Below, in pieces: positions 9,698-19,229 of a stretch of DNA of 51,760 nucleotides; within the stretch, counting starts at the first letter, position 1, and every line of letters begins with the position of its first letter. The notes beneath the pieces are model-generated. The model worked only from the letters and a program-made list of their open reading frames with translations. It made no database searches and was not told the DNA's origin. The stretch is from a virus. Its lineage: Duplodnaviria; Caudoviricetes. The position numbers and the translations under genes are program-made. The stretch is taken from positions 1 to 51,760 of IMG/VR virus record IMGVR_UViG_3300007074_000016; one strand, given 5' to 3'.

Positions 9698-10168
9698 TTA
9701 GTCTTTTTTTCCACCAAACGTTACTCGACTCTGCCTACCTTGTTGGATAGGCATACTAGGATGCTCTTCTTTCATTAGATCATTTTCAACTGAGGCTGTC
9801 TGTTCATCTGTTAAACGTTTAAAGTAAGCGTCTCTGTCTTCTTTTACTTCAACTGGACATCTCATTAATAATAACCCACCCACTCCTATAACACCTTTAT
9901 ATTTACCATCTGAAACAGAGGGTAAATCCATTCTGTCAGGATATTCATCATTTCTGACAAATTCATAACCGGATCTCAAGCGTCCCATGACATTTTTTTC
10001 GTCACTTTCGCCTCTAAATTCGGCTCTAACCCATCTATGATGGAATCCTTCAGGTGGTTCTGGTGCGTCTAAGTTTGAGGGAGGAACCCATCCCCTCTTA
10101 CGAGCAACCTTTTCACGGGTTTCGGCTTTGCGTGAGGTCTTCTTTATAGTTTCATTATTATCTTCCAT
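9698..10168 (-). CDS. Hypothetical protein in head module
   Basis: W.PPS.LDAP.PP.GF.HRWVR motif; position. Confidence 0.65.
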   Translation of the reverse strand: MEDNNETIKKTSRKAETREKVARKRGWVPPSNLDAPEPPEGFHHRWVRAEFRGESDEKNVMGRLRSGYEFVRNDEYPDRMDLPSVSDGKYKGVIGVGGLLLMRCPVEVKEDRDAYFKRLTDEQTASVENDLMKEEHPSMPIQQGRQSRVTFGGKKD

Positions 10169-10172
10169 ATTA

Positions 10173-11120
10173 TTACGCCTCCTTCACGTGTTTTGCGTAT
10201 TCTTCTAGTGGCACACCAAGTTTTTTAGCTATAGCTACCTGTGAGGGTGTGAGTCTAACAGTTCTGCGTCCAGATGACGAGTTGCGAATGACTGAGGCCA
10301 CTTTTTGCCTCGGTCTTGCTTCCCCACCATCAGAAAATTTGTGGGGGAATTCTTTTCGTATACGTTTGTCTAATTCACTATAGTATTCATCTTCTCTTGG
10401 GTCAACACCTTCTTTAACAAGATTTTGATGAATATCATAAGCTGTATACGTCATAGCTTTATTATTTCCGAACCAAGTATTCTTTGATGCCCAAGCTTCT
10501 GCTTCAGGATCAGGTCTTTGTTCGGGTTGAGAAGCTACATTATTATAAATAGTGTCTTGAACATTTTCTACAGGAGCTGCTTCTATTTCTGCTTTTCGAT
10601 GAGCAGACCTTTGTTTTGAAAGTTTTAGTCTTTCAGCTTCAATAATAAGTCTAGCAATTTCTTGATTTGCTGCTACTTGTTTTTCTACATCTTGAGCGTT
10701 GATAGCGGCTTCTAAAGCTCTTTTTGCAAACTCATTTTGATTAACTAAAGTTTTTTCTCTTTCACCAAGATAAGCATCGTTTTGAGTAACGCTAGAAGAT
10801 TTCATTTTTTCAGATTCTTCTTTCATTTTTTTAGCGTACTCGATAGCCGCTGCTTCACGCCTTTCAGCTTCACGCATTTTCTTAGTGAGTTTATCTATTC
10901 TTTTTTTAACTCCAGTACTATATTCTTCTAATTCATTTTCATCAGTTGATTCAGGTTTAAAAGATTCTTCCTGAGTTTCTTCTTCAACAATAGTAATATT
11001 AGAATCAACTTCTTTAATGTTGGGACTTGCTTTTACTTCCTCTTGCAATTCAACATCGACTGATTTTCCTGAAGTATCAATAGGAACTGATTTTTGTTCT
11101 TCTGTTTTAAGTGTTTCCAT
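10173..11120 (-). CDS. Putative capsid scaffolding protein
   Basis: Acidic N-term, long coiled coil, C-term LTPSQVAIAKKLGVPLEEYAK. Confidence 0.7.
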   Translation of the reverse strand: METLKTEEQKSVPIDTSGKSVDVELQEEVKASPNIKEVDSNITIVEEETQEESFKPESTDENELEEYSTGVKKRIDKLTKKMREAERREAAAIEYAKKMKEESEKMKSSSVTQNDAYLGEREKTLVNQNEFAKRALEAAINAQDVEKQVAANQEIARLIIEAERLKLSKQRSAHRKAEIEAAPVENVQDTIYNNVASQPEQRPDPEAEAWASKNTWFGNNKAMTYTAYDIHQNLVKEGVDPREDEYYSELDKRIRKEFPHKFSDGGEARPRQKVASVIRNSSSGRRTVRLTPSQVAIAKKLGVPLEEYAKHVKEA

Positions 11121-11129
11121 TTTATCTCC

Positions 11130-11561
11130 TTAAAATATATTAGCGGGTAAGACATCTCTTGGATCATCTAACGTTGCTAAAATTTCATCATCATTAATAA
11201 TACGTAGTTCTCCGCCTTCAATTTTAATTCTAGCGCCTGCGTATCGTGTAATTAAAACCCAATCACCTTCTTTACACCAAGGTCCCTTTGGAAATCTTGA
11301 TTTATCTGCATAAGCATCTGGTCCAATTTTAATAACCTTACATACGTTTGTAGATATCTGTGCTTGTTCGATTGTGTCTTCAGTAAAGATAATTCCTGAA
11401 GAAGTTTTTTCTTCAAGCTTGAGAGGAAATAAAACCATTCTAAATCCTGTTGGCTGTGGAACTTTCTCTATTTCTTTCTTGTCCTTTTTTTCAACTTTTT
11501 TTTCATCCCATATATTCTTAGGAAGTATAAGTTTACTTTTAGTGGCACTTTTAATCATCAT
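11130..11561 (-). CDS. groES: GroES/Cpn10-like co-chaperonin
   Basis: PTGFRMVL...TSSGIIF...VIKIGP...KEGDWVL..RYAG...IINDDEILA. Confidence 0.85.
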   Translation of the reverse strand: MMIKSATKSKLILPKNIWDEKKVEKKDKKEIEKVPQPTGFRMVLFPLKLEEKTSSGIIFTEDTIEQAQISTNVCKVIKIGPDAYADKSRFPKGPWCKEGDWVLITRYAGARIKIEGGELRIINDDEILATLDDPRDVLPANIF

Positions 11562-11745
11562 TTAGCTCCGTTTTATTTAGCAGGTCCGTGAGTTCCTGTT
11601 GTTCTTGTTCCAGGGCATGAAGTTTACCAGTTAAATACCGATATTCATCCCAGTTTTTTACTCCAACCAATATAGCTTGTTTTACTTGGTCTTGTCTAGC
11701 TATTAATTGTTTTTTGTAATAAGTAAAATAATTTTCTAATTGCAT
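11551..11745 (-). CDS. Hypothetical protein
   Basis: 64 aa helical ORF overlapping its neighbours. Confidence 0.7.
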   Translation of the reverse strand: MQLENYFTYYKKQLIARQDQVKQAILVGVKNWDEYRYLTGKLHALEQEQQELTDLLNKTELNDD

Positions 11746-12161
11746 GCAGCCATCATTTTAGCTAGTTCTTGACATCTAGCTGGAGTTTGAGAATTCCACT
11801 TAGAATCTAACATTTGCTTTGACGCCTCAATATAATCAGCTACTTCTAATGCTTTAAACATTTTTTTGAAACGACCTACACCTGTAGTCCCAAGTTGAAA
11901 AACCATTTCTGTTATAATATCTTTAGCAGTGCTTAGAACAGCTGTGCCTCCTAATAAACTAGTCGCACCGTCCTTAGCTATTTGCAAATCTTCTTGAAAA
12001 GTTTTTTCTAAAATATCTTTAGTGTAAATAACATTTTCTTCCCAATGATCTTCCACACAAAGATGTCCCCATCCCACAGTTTTCTTGCCAAGCGTATCTA
12101 AATAGACGGTATTCCTAAAACCTTCATGGTCCTTAATCCTTAATTCCAGTGTTTGTGACAT
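11736..12161 (-). CDS. Endolysin, T4-type lysozyme (GH24)
   Basis: HEGFRNTVYLDTLGKKTVGWGH (E-x8-D-x5-T), MVFQLG, SKW..QTP.R. Confidence 0.9.
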   Translation of the reverse strand: MSQTLELRIKDHEGFRNTVYLDTLGKKTVGWGHLCVEDHWEENVIYTKDILEKTFQEDLQIAKDGATSLLGGTAVLSTAKDIITEMVFQLGTTGVGRFKKMFKALEVADYIEASKQMLDSKWNSQTPARCQELAKMMAACN

Positions 12162-12176
12162 ATTAATATTCCTTTC

Positions 12177-12347
12177 TTAAATAAAAATCTTAGTTGGTTT
12201 TTGTTTTGATTTTAATAGTTTACTATATCCTCTCGGATATACTTCTATATACCCTCCAGAGTTTTTAGAGTCAACTGCAAACTTTTTTGCAACTTCTGGT
12301 TTGTTTGCGTACAGAAATTTTCTTTGCTTTTCTGATTTAAACGGCAT
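12177..12347 (-). CDS. 56 aa basic protein
   Basis: Hand translation MPFKSEKQRKFLYANKPEVAKKFAVDSKNSGGYIEVYPRGYSKLLKSKQKPTKIFI; abuts the upstream stop. Confidence 0.75.
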   Translation of the reverse strand: MPFKSEKQRKFLYANKPEVAKKFAVDSKNSGGYIEVYPRGYSKLLKSKQKPTKIFI

Positions 12348-12551
12348 TTATTTTGAGATGCCAAAACCTCTTTTAGACATGGATCCACCTTTTGCAACTT
12401 TCTTAGGTTTCTTTGCTGTTTTAGCAGACTGTACAAAATCATCTTTTGTAGGAGCTCCTGCAGATCCAACTTTTCTCATCTTCTCGCCACTACCTGCAGC
12501 AATTCTTTTTTGCTTAGCGTGAATGTTTGCGTATAATCCTGGTTTGCTCAT
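12348..12551 (-). CDS. Small basic protein
   Basis: GLYANIHAK...MRKVGSAGAPT; ends VAKGGSMSKRGFGISK. Confidence 0.75.
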   Translation of the reverse strand: MSKPGLYANIHAKQKRIAAGSGEKMRKVGSAGAPTKDDFVQSAKTAKKPKKVAKGGSMSKRGFGISK

Positions 12552-12910
12552 TTTGATATACCAAAACCTCTCTTGGCGATACCACCGCCTCTACGTTTAA
12601 TAACTCCACCTGTTTTTCTTTTAAGAGGAGACAATAGACCTGGCATTTTTCCTGATTTTTCACCTCTAATTGAAATAGATTCTCCATCTTTAGTAAATCT
12701 TAAAACTGGAGGATCACTCATACCCGCCCCGTTACTCATTGTCCATCCATCTGCTAAGGCTTCCTCAACTGTAGTAGGAAGTGATTGTTTTTTTACTCTA
12801 TCAATGTCATCTTGATTTAGTCTACCACCAGGTTTTATGTTCTTAGCTATACCAAACAATAATTTTTTTACAGTTTTTTCTTTTTTTAAATTTTTTTCGT
12901 TTTCAGACAT
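12548..12910 (-). CDS. Basic hypothetical protein
   Basis: Ends RKTGGVIKRRGGGIAKRGFGISK. Confidence 0.7.
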   Translation of the reverse strand: MSENEKNLKKEKTVKKLLFGIAKNIKPGGRLNQDDIDRVKKQSLPTTVEEALADGWTMSNGAGMSDPPVLRFTKDGESISIRGEKSGKMPGLLSPLKRKTGGVIKRRGGGIAKRGFGISK

Positions 12911-12922
12911 AGTTCTCTCCTT

Positions 12923-13309
12923 TTATTTTTTAAACAGTTTGGCAGCGCCTTGTGCTCCCTTTATACCAAAACTGGCAGAAATCGCAATATATAATAAGTT
13001 GTGATAATACGATGGTAAATCCTGTAAGGCGACAAAGCCTTTGTGAATGTGTTCTTGCCAAGGTGTAAATACTAGCACGGCAGGTAAAAGTAGTACTACT
13101 AAACTTACCTCGTCTTTCCACGACCCCTTCATTTGATCTACTGCCGAAGCCTCCCAAGCAACTTTACCTGCGATCTGATCCTCTTTAAGTTTTGTTTTAG
13201 CTTTTATTTCTGTAACAGCTAATTCAGCTTTTGCTTTTTTAGTATCAACAAAACCTTTAATTGTGTCTCCGATTATAGATGAGAGAGGTCCGACAAGTAG
13301 ATTGAACAT
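12923..13309 (-). CDS. Putative holin (3TM-holin-like)
   Basis: SWKDE motif followed by two hydrophobic helices; near the lysozyme. Confidence 0.6.
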   Translation of the reverse strand: MFNLLVGPLSSIIGDTIKGFVDTKKAKAELAVTEIKAKTKLKEDQIAGKVAWEASAVDQMKGSWKDEVSLVVLLLPAVLVFTPWQEHIHKGFVALQDLPSYYHNLLYIAISASFGIKGAQGAAKLFKK

Positions 13310-13413
13310 TAAATAACTTTCAGTATTATTATTAAAACTACAACAGCGCCAATCACCGTTGCAACTCTTTTCTTATTAAGTTTATTCCACGTCATTTTTA
13401 CTTTATGCATCAT
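13309..13413 (-). CDS. 34 aa single-TM protein
   Basis: MMHKVKMTWNKLNKKRVATVIGAVVVLIIILKVI; GGAGG RBS; TAATG overlap with the holin start. Confidence 0.7.
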   Translation of the reverse strand: MMHKVKMTWNKLNKKRVATVIGAVVVLIIILKVI

Positions 13414-13428
13414 TTTGGATTCCTCCCT

Positions 13429-13641
13429 TTAGAATACGCCTTTAAAAGGCACTTTTTTGATTTGCATTTTACTACGCTGACCTTTTGGTCCTGCGCCTAA
13501 GTTTTGCACAACTTTTGGTCCTGCTGTCACAAGTTCAGCTGTAGAAACGTTAGTTTGTTTATTTGCAAACGGTATTTCATCACTGACAGCAGTCATCTTT
13601 GCATTTGGATAAAGTGATCCATTTATGTATTTTGCTTTCAT
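13429..13641 (-). CDS. Hypothetical basic protein
   Basis: 70 aa, AGGAG RBS. Confidence 0.7.
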   Translation of the reverse strand: MKAKYINGSLYPNAKMTAVSDEIPFANKQTNVSTAELVTAGPKVVQNLGAGPKGQRSKMQIKKVPFKGVF

Positions 13642-13650
13642 GTTTTACTC

Positions 13651-13923
13651 CTAATGTATTGTTGGGTTTATTAAACCTACTAAATCACCCAAATTTGCTT
13701 CCATTAAATCATTAGCTTGAGTATTTGTAAAATTATCATAATACAATAACTTTGCTACACTGATCATAGCGCCTGCTAATAATATACAATCTTCTTGTGA
13801 TTTGCCACTGTTTTCTACTAAATTCATTAAAACATTGAAAAACACCCTAAGTTTTTTGTCAGCAGGTGATAATTGTTTTCTTTGCTTTTCCAAAACAATT
13901 GGAAGAAGTTTAATTTTACTCAA
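13651..13923 (-). CDS. Hypothetical protein
   Basis: 90 aa directly after the portal. Confidence 0.65.
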   Translation of the reverse strand: MSKIKLLPIVLEKQRKQLSPADKKLRVFFNVLMNLVENSGKSQEDCILLAGAMISVAKLLYYDNFTNTQANDLMEANLGDLVGLINPTIH

Positions 13924-16344
13924 TTAATTATCAAACCTAACATTTTTGTTAACGTCTACTGTTTTGGGTTGTTTTTGTTTTCTTAAATTAACATTTGCTC
14001 TTAATTGTGCAATATCTTCTTGTGAATCTATGCGATCAGCTGCTATATCCGAAGTTTGTTGCATTTTTTCTTCGTCTAAACCAAATCTAATTTGATCAGC
14101 CATTGATTTTCTCTCTAAATCACCTGCTTTTATGTTAATTTCTTGTTGTTTTAGATTTACTAGAGGGTCTTCACTGCCTTCATCTAAATATTCTTGTTCT
14201 TCTTGTACCATTTCAATAGTCATTTCTGCTACTTTTTCAGAAATTTGCTGTTCTAAAGCTTCTTGTATTTGAACTTGTACTTCTGGAGGTATTTGACCAT
14301 TATATTGTTGAGTTGTTTGTTCTACAGTTTGTGCATTTTCTTCTTCTACTTCTTCTCTAGCTTGTAATCCTACGTGTTCCATAATATGCGCTTGTAATAT
14401 AGCCATAGTAGGCGGATTGTTTTTAACTAAATTTGATGTCATGAAAGCTCTATGTGCATCCATGTGCGCTAAATGATTTTGTTGTCTAAATGCTATTAAA
14501 GATTGTCCTTTCAAAGAACTTGCATTTTCTACAGCAGGGTCTGCTGGTTTCGGTCCTTGAGGTGCTGGAAGTATTGCGTCAATATCCTTAACACCTAAAG
14601 CTTGATACATTCTTCTATAAGCTTCATACATATTGTGAGAAGATGGGTCAGCTTGAGCTAATTGTAATTGTGTTTGTGCTAAAGTAACACGCTGAGACAT
14701 TGAAAAAATATTAGGGTCTGATACAGGGATTATATCAATGTCGGTACTAAAATCTTCGGCCTTTAAACTTTCTGTTGCATTTTCTCCTACATCATAAGGA
14801 TAAAAAGGGGGTAAACTTTCAGCAAAAATTTTTCCTAACAATTTAAACTCTTGTCTTTGAGCATAATGTAATCTTTTGTGAATAGCAGACATGACTCTCG
14901 CGCCACGTTCCATTAATGCCATTGTTGTTCCTACAGGAGCATTTGATCCTACACTATCTCCTAATTTTTGATCTGCAATTGCAGCGAATCTTGATCCAGC
15001 CTCTACACAAAAACCTAGTAATTGAAATAAAGTTTGACTTGGTTCTTTGTATGGAAGAGGAATTAATCCTTCTCTTAAACTACCACCTGGTGCATCTACA
15101 TCTCTGAACTCACCTGGTTGAAGAGGGCTGTCATCATCTTTAATTCTTAAACCTCTAGCTTTAAAACCAGCAGGCAGGTTGGCTAATGTACCAGCATCTA
15201 ATAATTGTCTAAGTGCTGCTGTTGCTGTTCTAGATAAACCACCCAACATGTGTATAAGACCAAAGCCGTAAAAACTAAACCCCGGTAAAAATTTATAATG
15301 AACAAAGTAAGAAATCTTTTTTTGCTTTGGGTCATCTTCTTTGTAGTTTCTATATATAGATAAAACTTTAGAAGATCCTTCATCTATAGTTACAATATAA
15401 GGAACTTTAATTCCATCATCTGCATCGACTCCTGGTATATTAAGATCAACGTGCATTTCCAATAATTGGAAACTATCTCTTGTATAAGAAGTTTTTTTAA
15501 TTCCTGCTATATCGCTTTCTCTTTCTTGGAGTCCACTCTCTTCATCAAAAACTTGTAATTCTATATCTCTGTAAAAACCTGCAACTTGTAGTTTGCGAAT
15601 ATCATTCTCTGATTTTCTTAATGTGTGTGTTACTCTTTCACAACTAGTTAAATCCGAAGCAAGGTAAGGAACATACAAATCATCAGAAGGAATAAATTTT
15701 GAAACCGCTCTCTCAAGTCCTGCATCATAATAAACTTTTTTAAAAGCTGAACCTGATAGTGGTAAATAGAAAAGTAAAGAGTCTAGGTCTGGATCATATT
15801 CATCCATCTCATGCATAATTTGGTAGTTCATATAATCTTTAACACGTTGTGCTTGAGATTCTTTTTGTGGAGTTAGTGCTCCAACAATTTGAGTATTAAC
15901 AGGTCCACCTGCTGGTAGTAATTCTTTGTAAGCTTGTGCTTGAAACTGTGTGATAGCCTCAGACAACATCGGGTGGGTAACAGAACTTGCTCCTGCAAAA
16001 GGCATTGTTCTTTCTTGGTGTTTAAATCCTAAAAGATCTAAACCTTTTTTATAAGTTTCTTCCCACTCTTGCCTAGAAGATTTATCATCTTCATATCCTT
16101 GACGAAGATCACTTGAAATTTTTCCTAATTCATCGTCTTTTAAAACTTCTGCTAAGTTCATATCAAAAGTTGTCTCTAACATCTCTTGCTGTTCACCTAC
16201 GATAGCTGAACCATCTTCTAATATTTCTATGTCTGGTCCAAGTCCCTCTTCAACTTGCATTTGTACCATTTGTGAAACTGCTTCTTCTTCTGCAGGTAAA
16301 AACCCGTTTGTTGTCGATCCTTCAATTTTTTTATCAACTGCCAC
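13924..16344 (-). CDS. Portal protein
   Basis: 806 aa; LPLSGSAFKKVYYD, FYGFGL, PGEFRDVD; C-term coiled barrel; near TerL. Confidence 0.85.
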   Translation of the reverse strand: MAVDKKIEGSTTNGFLPAEEEAVSQMVQMQVEEGLGPDIEILEDGSAIVGEQQEMLETTFDMNLAEVLKDDELGKISSDLRQGYEDDKSSRQEWEETYKKGLDLLGFKHQERTMPFAGASSVTHPMLSEAITQFQAQAYKELLPAGGPVNTQIVGALTPQKESQAQRVKDYMNYQIMHEMDEYDPDLDSLLFYLPLSGSAFKKVYYDAGLERAVSKFIPSDDLYVPYLASDLTSCERVTHTLRKSENDIRKLQVAGFYRDIELQVFDEESGLQERESDIAGIKKTSYTRDSFQLLEMHVDLNIPGVDADDGIKVPYIVTIDEGSSKVLSIYRNYKEDDPKQKKISYFVHYKFLPGFSFYGFGLIHMLGGLSRTATAALRQLLDAGTLANLPAGFKARGLRIKDDDSPLQPGEFRDVDAPGGSLREGLIPLPYKEPSQTLFQLLGFCVEAGSRFAAIADQKLGDSVGSNAPVGTTMALMERGARVMSAIHKRLHYAQRQEFKLLGKIFAESLPPFYPYDVGENATESLKAEDFSTDIDIIPVSDPNIFSMSQRVTLAQTQLQLAQADPSSHNMYEAYRRMYQALGVKDIDAILPAPQGPKPADPAVENASSLKGQSLIAFRQQNHLAHMDAHRAFMTSNLVKNNPPTMAILQAHIMEHVGLQAREEVEEENAQTVEQTTQQYNGQIPPEVQVQIQEALEQQISEKVAEMTIEMVQEEQEYLDEGSEDPLVNLKQQEINIKAGDLERKSMADQIRFGLDEEKMQQTSDIAADRIDSQEDIAQLRANVNLRKQKQPKTVDVNKNVRFDN

Positions 16345-16345
16345 T

Positions 16346-19228
16346 CTATGCTACCTCAAATATGTCCATATCCTCTGGAGTATACATAAATCCTCCTGAT
16401 TTCCTATGAGTTTTACTAGGTAATAGCATTTCAGGTGTTATTTTGATAGCAAAAACTTCTTTAAAATTTTCAGAATTTTTTACTTGTTCATTTATTGCCG
16501 AAGGAGTATTAGCATATTCAGCATCATCTAGTTGAACTTTAATAATTTTAAATTCAGAGTTATTATCCTTTGCTGCTTTTTTTAATATCTTTTCAATAGC
16601 AGATGTATAATGTTTTCCTTTAGGATCAACAGAATCTGGACCACCATAAAATTCTTCCATGCCAATACCTTTCATGTCTTTAGTTCTTTGATCTAAAGGA
16701 GTAGCTGTTCCACCACTTTGGCTGTAACGTTTTGTTATATATTTACTAGGAGAAACAGCGTACCATTCTGCAGCTCCCTCTACTGCATCTTCACCATAAA
16801 GTCTGTTAGCGGCAATACTTAAATCATTTTTAATTAAAGCTGAGCCCCATTCAGTTCTGTTTTTAAAAGGTACATTAGGATATAAATACTTCATTGCATT
16901 TTCAGAAAGTGAAGTTTTTAACTCACTTAACATTACTTTTTCTTTTTCTGCCGCCTCAAAAGCTTTTTTCTGTAATTCTTTAGAAGGTCTTACTCCTGCT
17001 GCAGCTAACTCATTAAATACCATTTTATTTTCAACAAACTTATCTAAAAATTGTTGCATTTCTAAAGGGTTTTTAAACATAGGTCTAAAAACAGTTTTAT
17101 TTTTTAGAAAAAATTCTACAACTTCAGGGTTTAAATCTTGTGAAAGTCTATAGTCACCTGCAATCGCGTTTGCTCTTGTAGTTGCATTTGTATCAATAAG
17201 ATCTCCTAAAGCTCTAGTCATTTTTTCTTCAAACTTTTTTGCTTGTTGTAAAATATCTGATTGTATTTCATCAGCAAAGGTTACATTAATATAACCTGCT
17301 TGCGATGAATCATTATGTATTTTTAATTTTTCTGCATCTTTATATAATTTATCATCAAAAGCTTTTATTTGATTATAAAGAGCGCTATCTTGTGCTTTTA
17401 ACTCGTCCGCATAATTTTCGTAAAGCCTATTAATACTATTATCTGTCCAAAGGCCATCATCAAAATAAGATTTAATGTAGGGATCTTCTTCGGAAAGTTT
17501 TTTTAAAGATGATAATTTTAATTCTTTTGCTTGATTATTAACAGTGTCAATGTTTTTTGTAAGAGTTTTTAATTCTTTAGCTGCAAGAGAACCTATCCCA
17601 TTAGTTGCTACAGGATCAGGATTAATAGCTAATCTATCGCTGGATCTTGTCCAACCTAAAACATATTTTTCATCAAAGCTGTGAGATTGATCACCTGACT
17701 TTATTACTCCAGGATCCATTGGTATGTATTCTGGTTTTAAAAATACAACGTTTTCTCTGTAACTACCTGGCACATAGCCTGGTTCCATATAGCTATTAGC
17801 GTACTGAGGATTCTTTACACCTCCATACAAACTATTACCATAAGTAATTCTATCTATTCCTCTAATAGGAGCTTTACGTATTATTTTTAATAAATCATTT
17901 TTATCAATAGGTACTCCACTATTTTTAGAACTTTTTAAATACTCTGTTAAAGCGTTATCATCTACTTCAACTTTAGGAATCCCTTTGGAATTTAAAAATT
18001 TGTATAGTGACTCTGCATCAGTAAATTTCTCGGGTGTGTTAGGGTCCATGAGTTTGGCTTCCAGTCCAGAATAAAAAATGTTTTCATTTTCTTCAGGTGA
18101 ATCAATAATTTTTTTAGACTTAGGGTTTGTCACTGTTGTGCCATCTGGAATAATGTCATCTAAAAATTGTGATGTATCAGTATCTTGTGCCTCGTAGGAA
18201 TCTTCTTTAACAATTTTATTTTTAATAGAGTTGAGAATACTAGCTTCACCTTTACTATAACTTTCTTTAAGTATTTTTGCTTTATCTATACCTGCAACGG
18301 CCCAAGCAGGGACTTTTCCAAAAATATTAGCTACCTTAACCCCCTCGATATCATCTAAGAAATTATTAGATTTCTTTTTAGCCAAAGGCATATCTATGTC
18401 AAATATTTCTAAATCGTCATAAGATTCATAACCAGGTTGATTAATATATTTTTGGATATCCATGTAGGGATCTTCCTGTGTAATAGGATTACTAAAAGCT
18501 CCACCATACTCAGAATTATCTTCATCAGGATCTCCACCTCTTGACATTTCTTTTGGTTCTTCTGGTTCTCCTGCTATTCTATCTATAGTCCCTAGAGCAA
18601 AAGCTCCTGGAATAATTTTCAATAAATTACTCTGCATCTTTTTTAAAGTATCTATACTAGGGATTAGGCCTTCCTTTATGCCTTTTAAACCTTTTATATT
18701 AATTGTGTCCATAAACTGGCCTACAGAATATGGAAAAGCTCCTTTTAGTTTTTGATAAATTTTAGGACTTTTTATCGCTAAAGTTCCTAAAGCTTTGGGA
18801 AAAGCCATCAGATCTACTCCTAAAGTAGTTATTGTTTCTAAGTTTTTCATACTTGGATCTGAATAATCCTCGTCATCAAAGACGTCTGGGATAAGATATG
18901 TTTTAAGTAACTCTTCGTCATTTAATGCATTAATTGCATAAGCAGATATTTGAGCCATTGCTGGTATAGTGTTGGCCACATTAATGGCTGTGTTAACAGC
19001 TAACTTACCATAATCGCCTGGAAAATTTTTTAATCTCTCAATGGCTGCAGCTTTGTCTTCTTCTGTTAAAGACTCGTATCGCTCTTGAGGTGTTTGTATA
19101 TTAGAACGTAGCCCCATATTTCCACGTATATTCTCAATATTGTATATATCTTCATTATATATATCTTCATCTAATGTATCAGGACTTAATACGTCAGATC
19201 TGCTGTAATTTATATTATCTTGTGCCAT
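16346..19228 (-). CDS. Large hypothetical protein, possibly packaged/ejected
   Basis: 960 aa; FYSGLE, YRENV, FADEIQSD motifs; MSRGG and C-term RKSGG. Confidence 0.6.
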   Translation of the reverse strand: MAQDNINYSRSDVLSPDTLDEDIYNEDIYNIENIRGNMGLRSNIQTPQERYESLTEEDKAAAIERLKNFPGDYGKLAVNTAINVANTIPAMAQISAYAINALNDEELLKTYLIPDVFDDEDYSDPSMKNLETITTLGVDLMAFPKALGTLAIKSPKIYQKLKGAFPYSVGQFMDTINIKGLKGIKEGLIPSIDTLKKMQSNLLKIIPGAFALGTIDRIAGEPEEPKEMSRGGDPDEDNSEYGGAFSNPITQEDPYMDIQKYINQPGYESYDDLEIFDIDMPLAKKKSNNFLDDIEGVKVANIFGKVPAWAVAGIDKAKILKESYSKGEASILNSIKNKIVKEDSYEAQDTDTSQFLDDIIPDGTTVTNPKSKKIIDSPEENENIFYSGLEAKLMDPNTPEKFTDAESLYKFLNSKGIPKVEVDDNALTEYLKSSKNSGVPIDKNDLLKIIRKAPIRGIDRITYGNSLYGGVKNPQYANSYMEPGYVPGSYRENVVFLKPEYIPMDPGVIKSGDQSHSFDEKYVLGWTRSSDRLAINPDPVATNGIGSLAAKELKTLTKNIDTVNNQAKELKLSSLKKLSEEDPYIKSYFDDGLWTDNSINRLYENYADELKAQDSALYNQIKAFDDKLYKDAEKLKIHNDSSQAGYINVTFADEIQSDILQQAKKFEEKMTRALGDLIDTNATTRANAIAGDYRLSQDLNPEVVEFFLKNKTVFRPMFKNPLEMQQFLDKFVENKMVFNELAAAGVRPSKELQKKAFEAAEKEKVMLSELKTSLSENAMKYLYPNVPFKNRTEWGSALIKNDLSIAANRLYGEDAVEGAAEWYAVSPSKYITKRYSQSGGTATPLDQRTKDMKGIGMEEFYGGPDSVDPKGKHYTSAIEKILKKAAKDNNSEFKIIKVQLDDAEYANTPSAINEQVKNSENFKEVFAIKITPEMLLPSKTHRKSGGFMYTPEDMDIFEVA

Positions 19229-19229
19229 T

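Noticed and set aside
12245-12469. Track ORF of 74 aa
   Set aside because: Alternate frame over two better ORFs (12177..12347 and 12348..12551).
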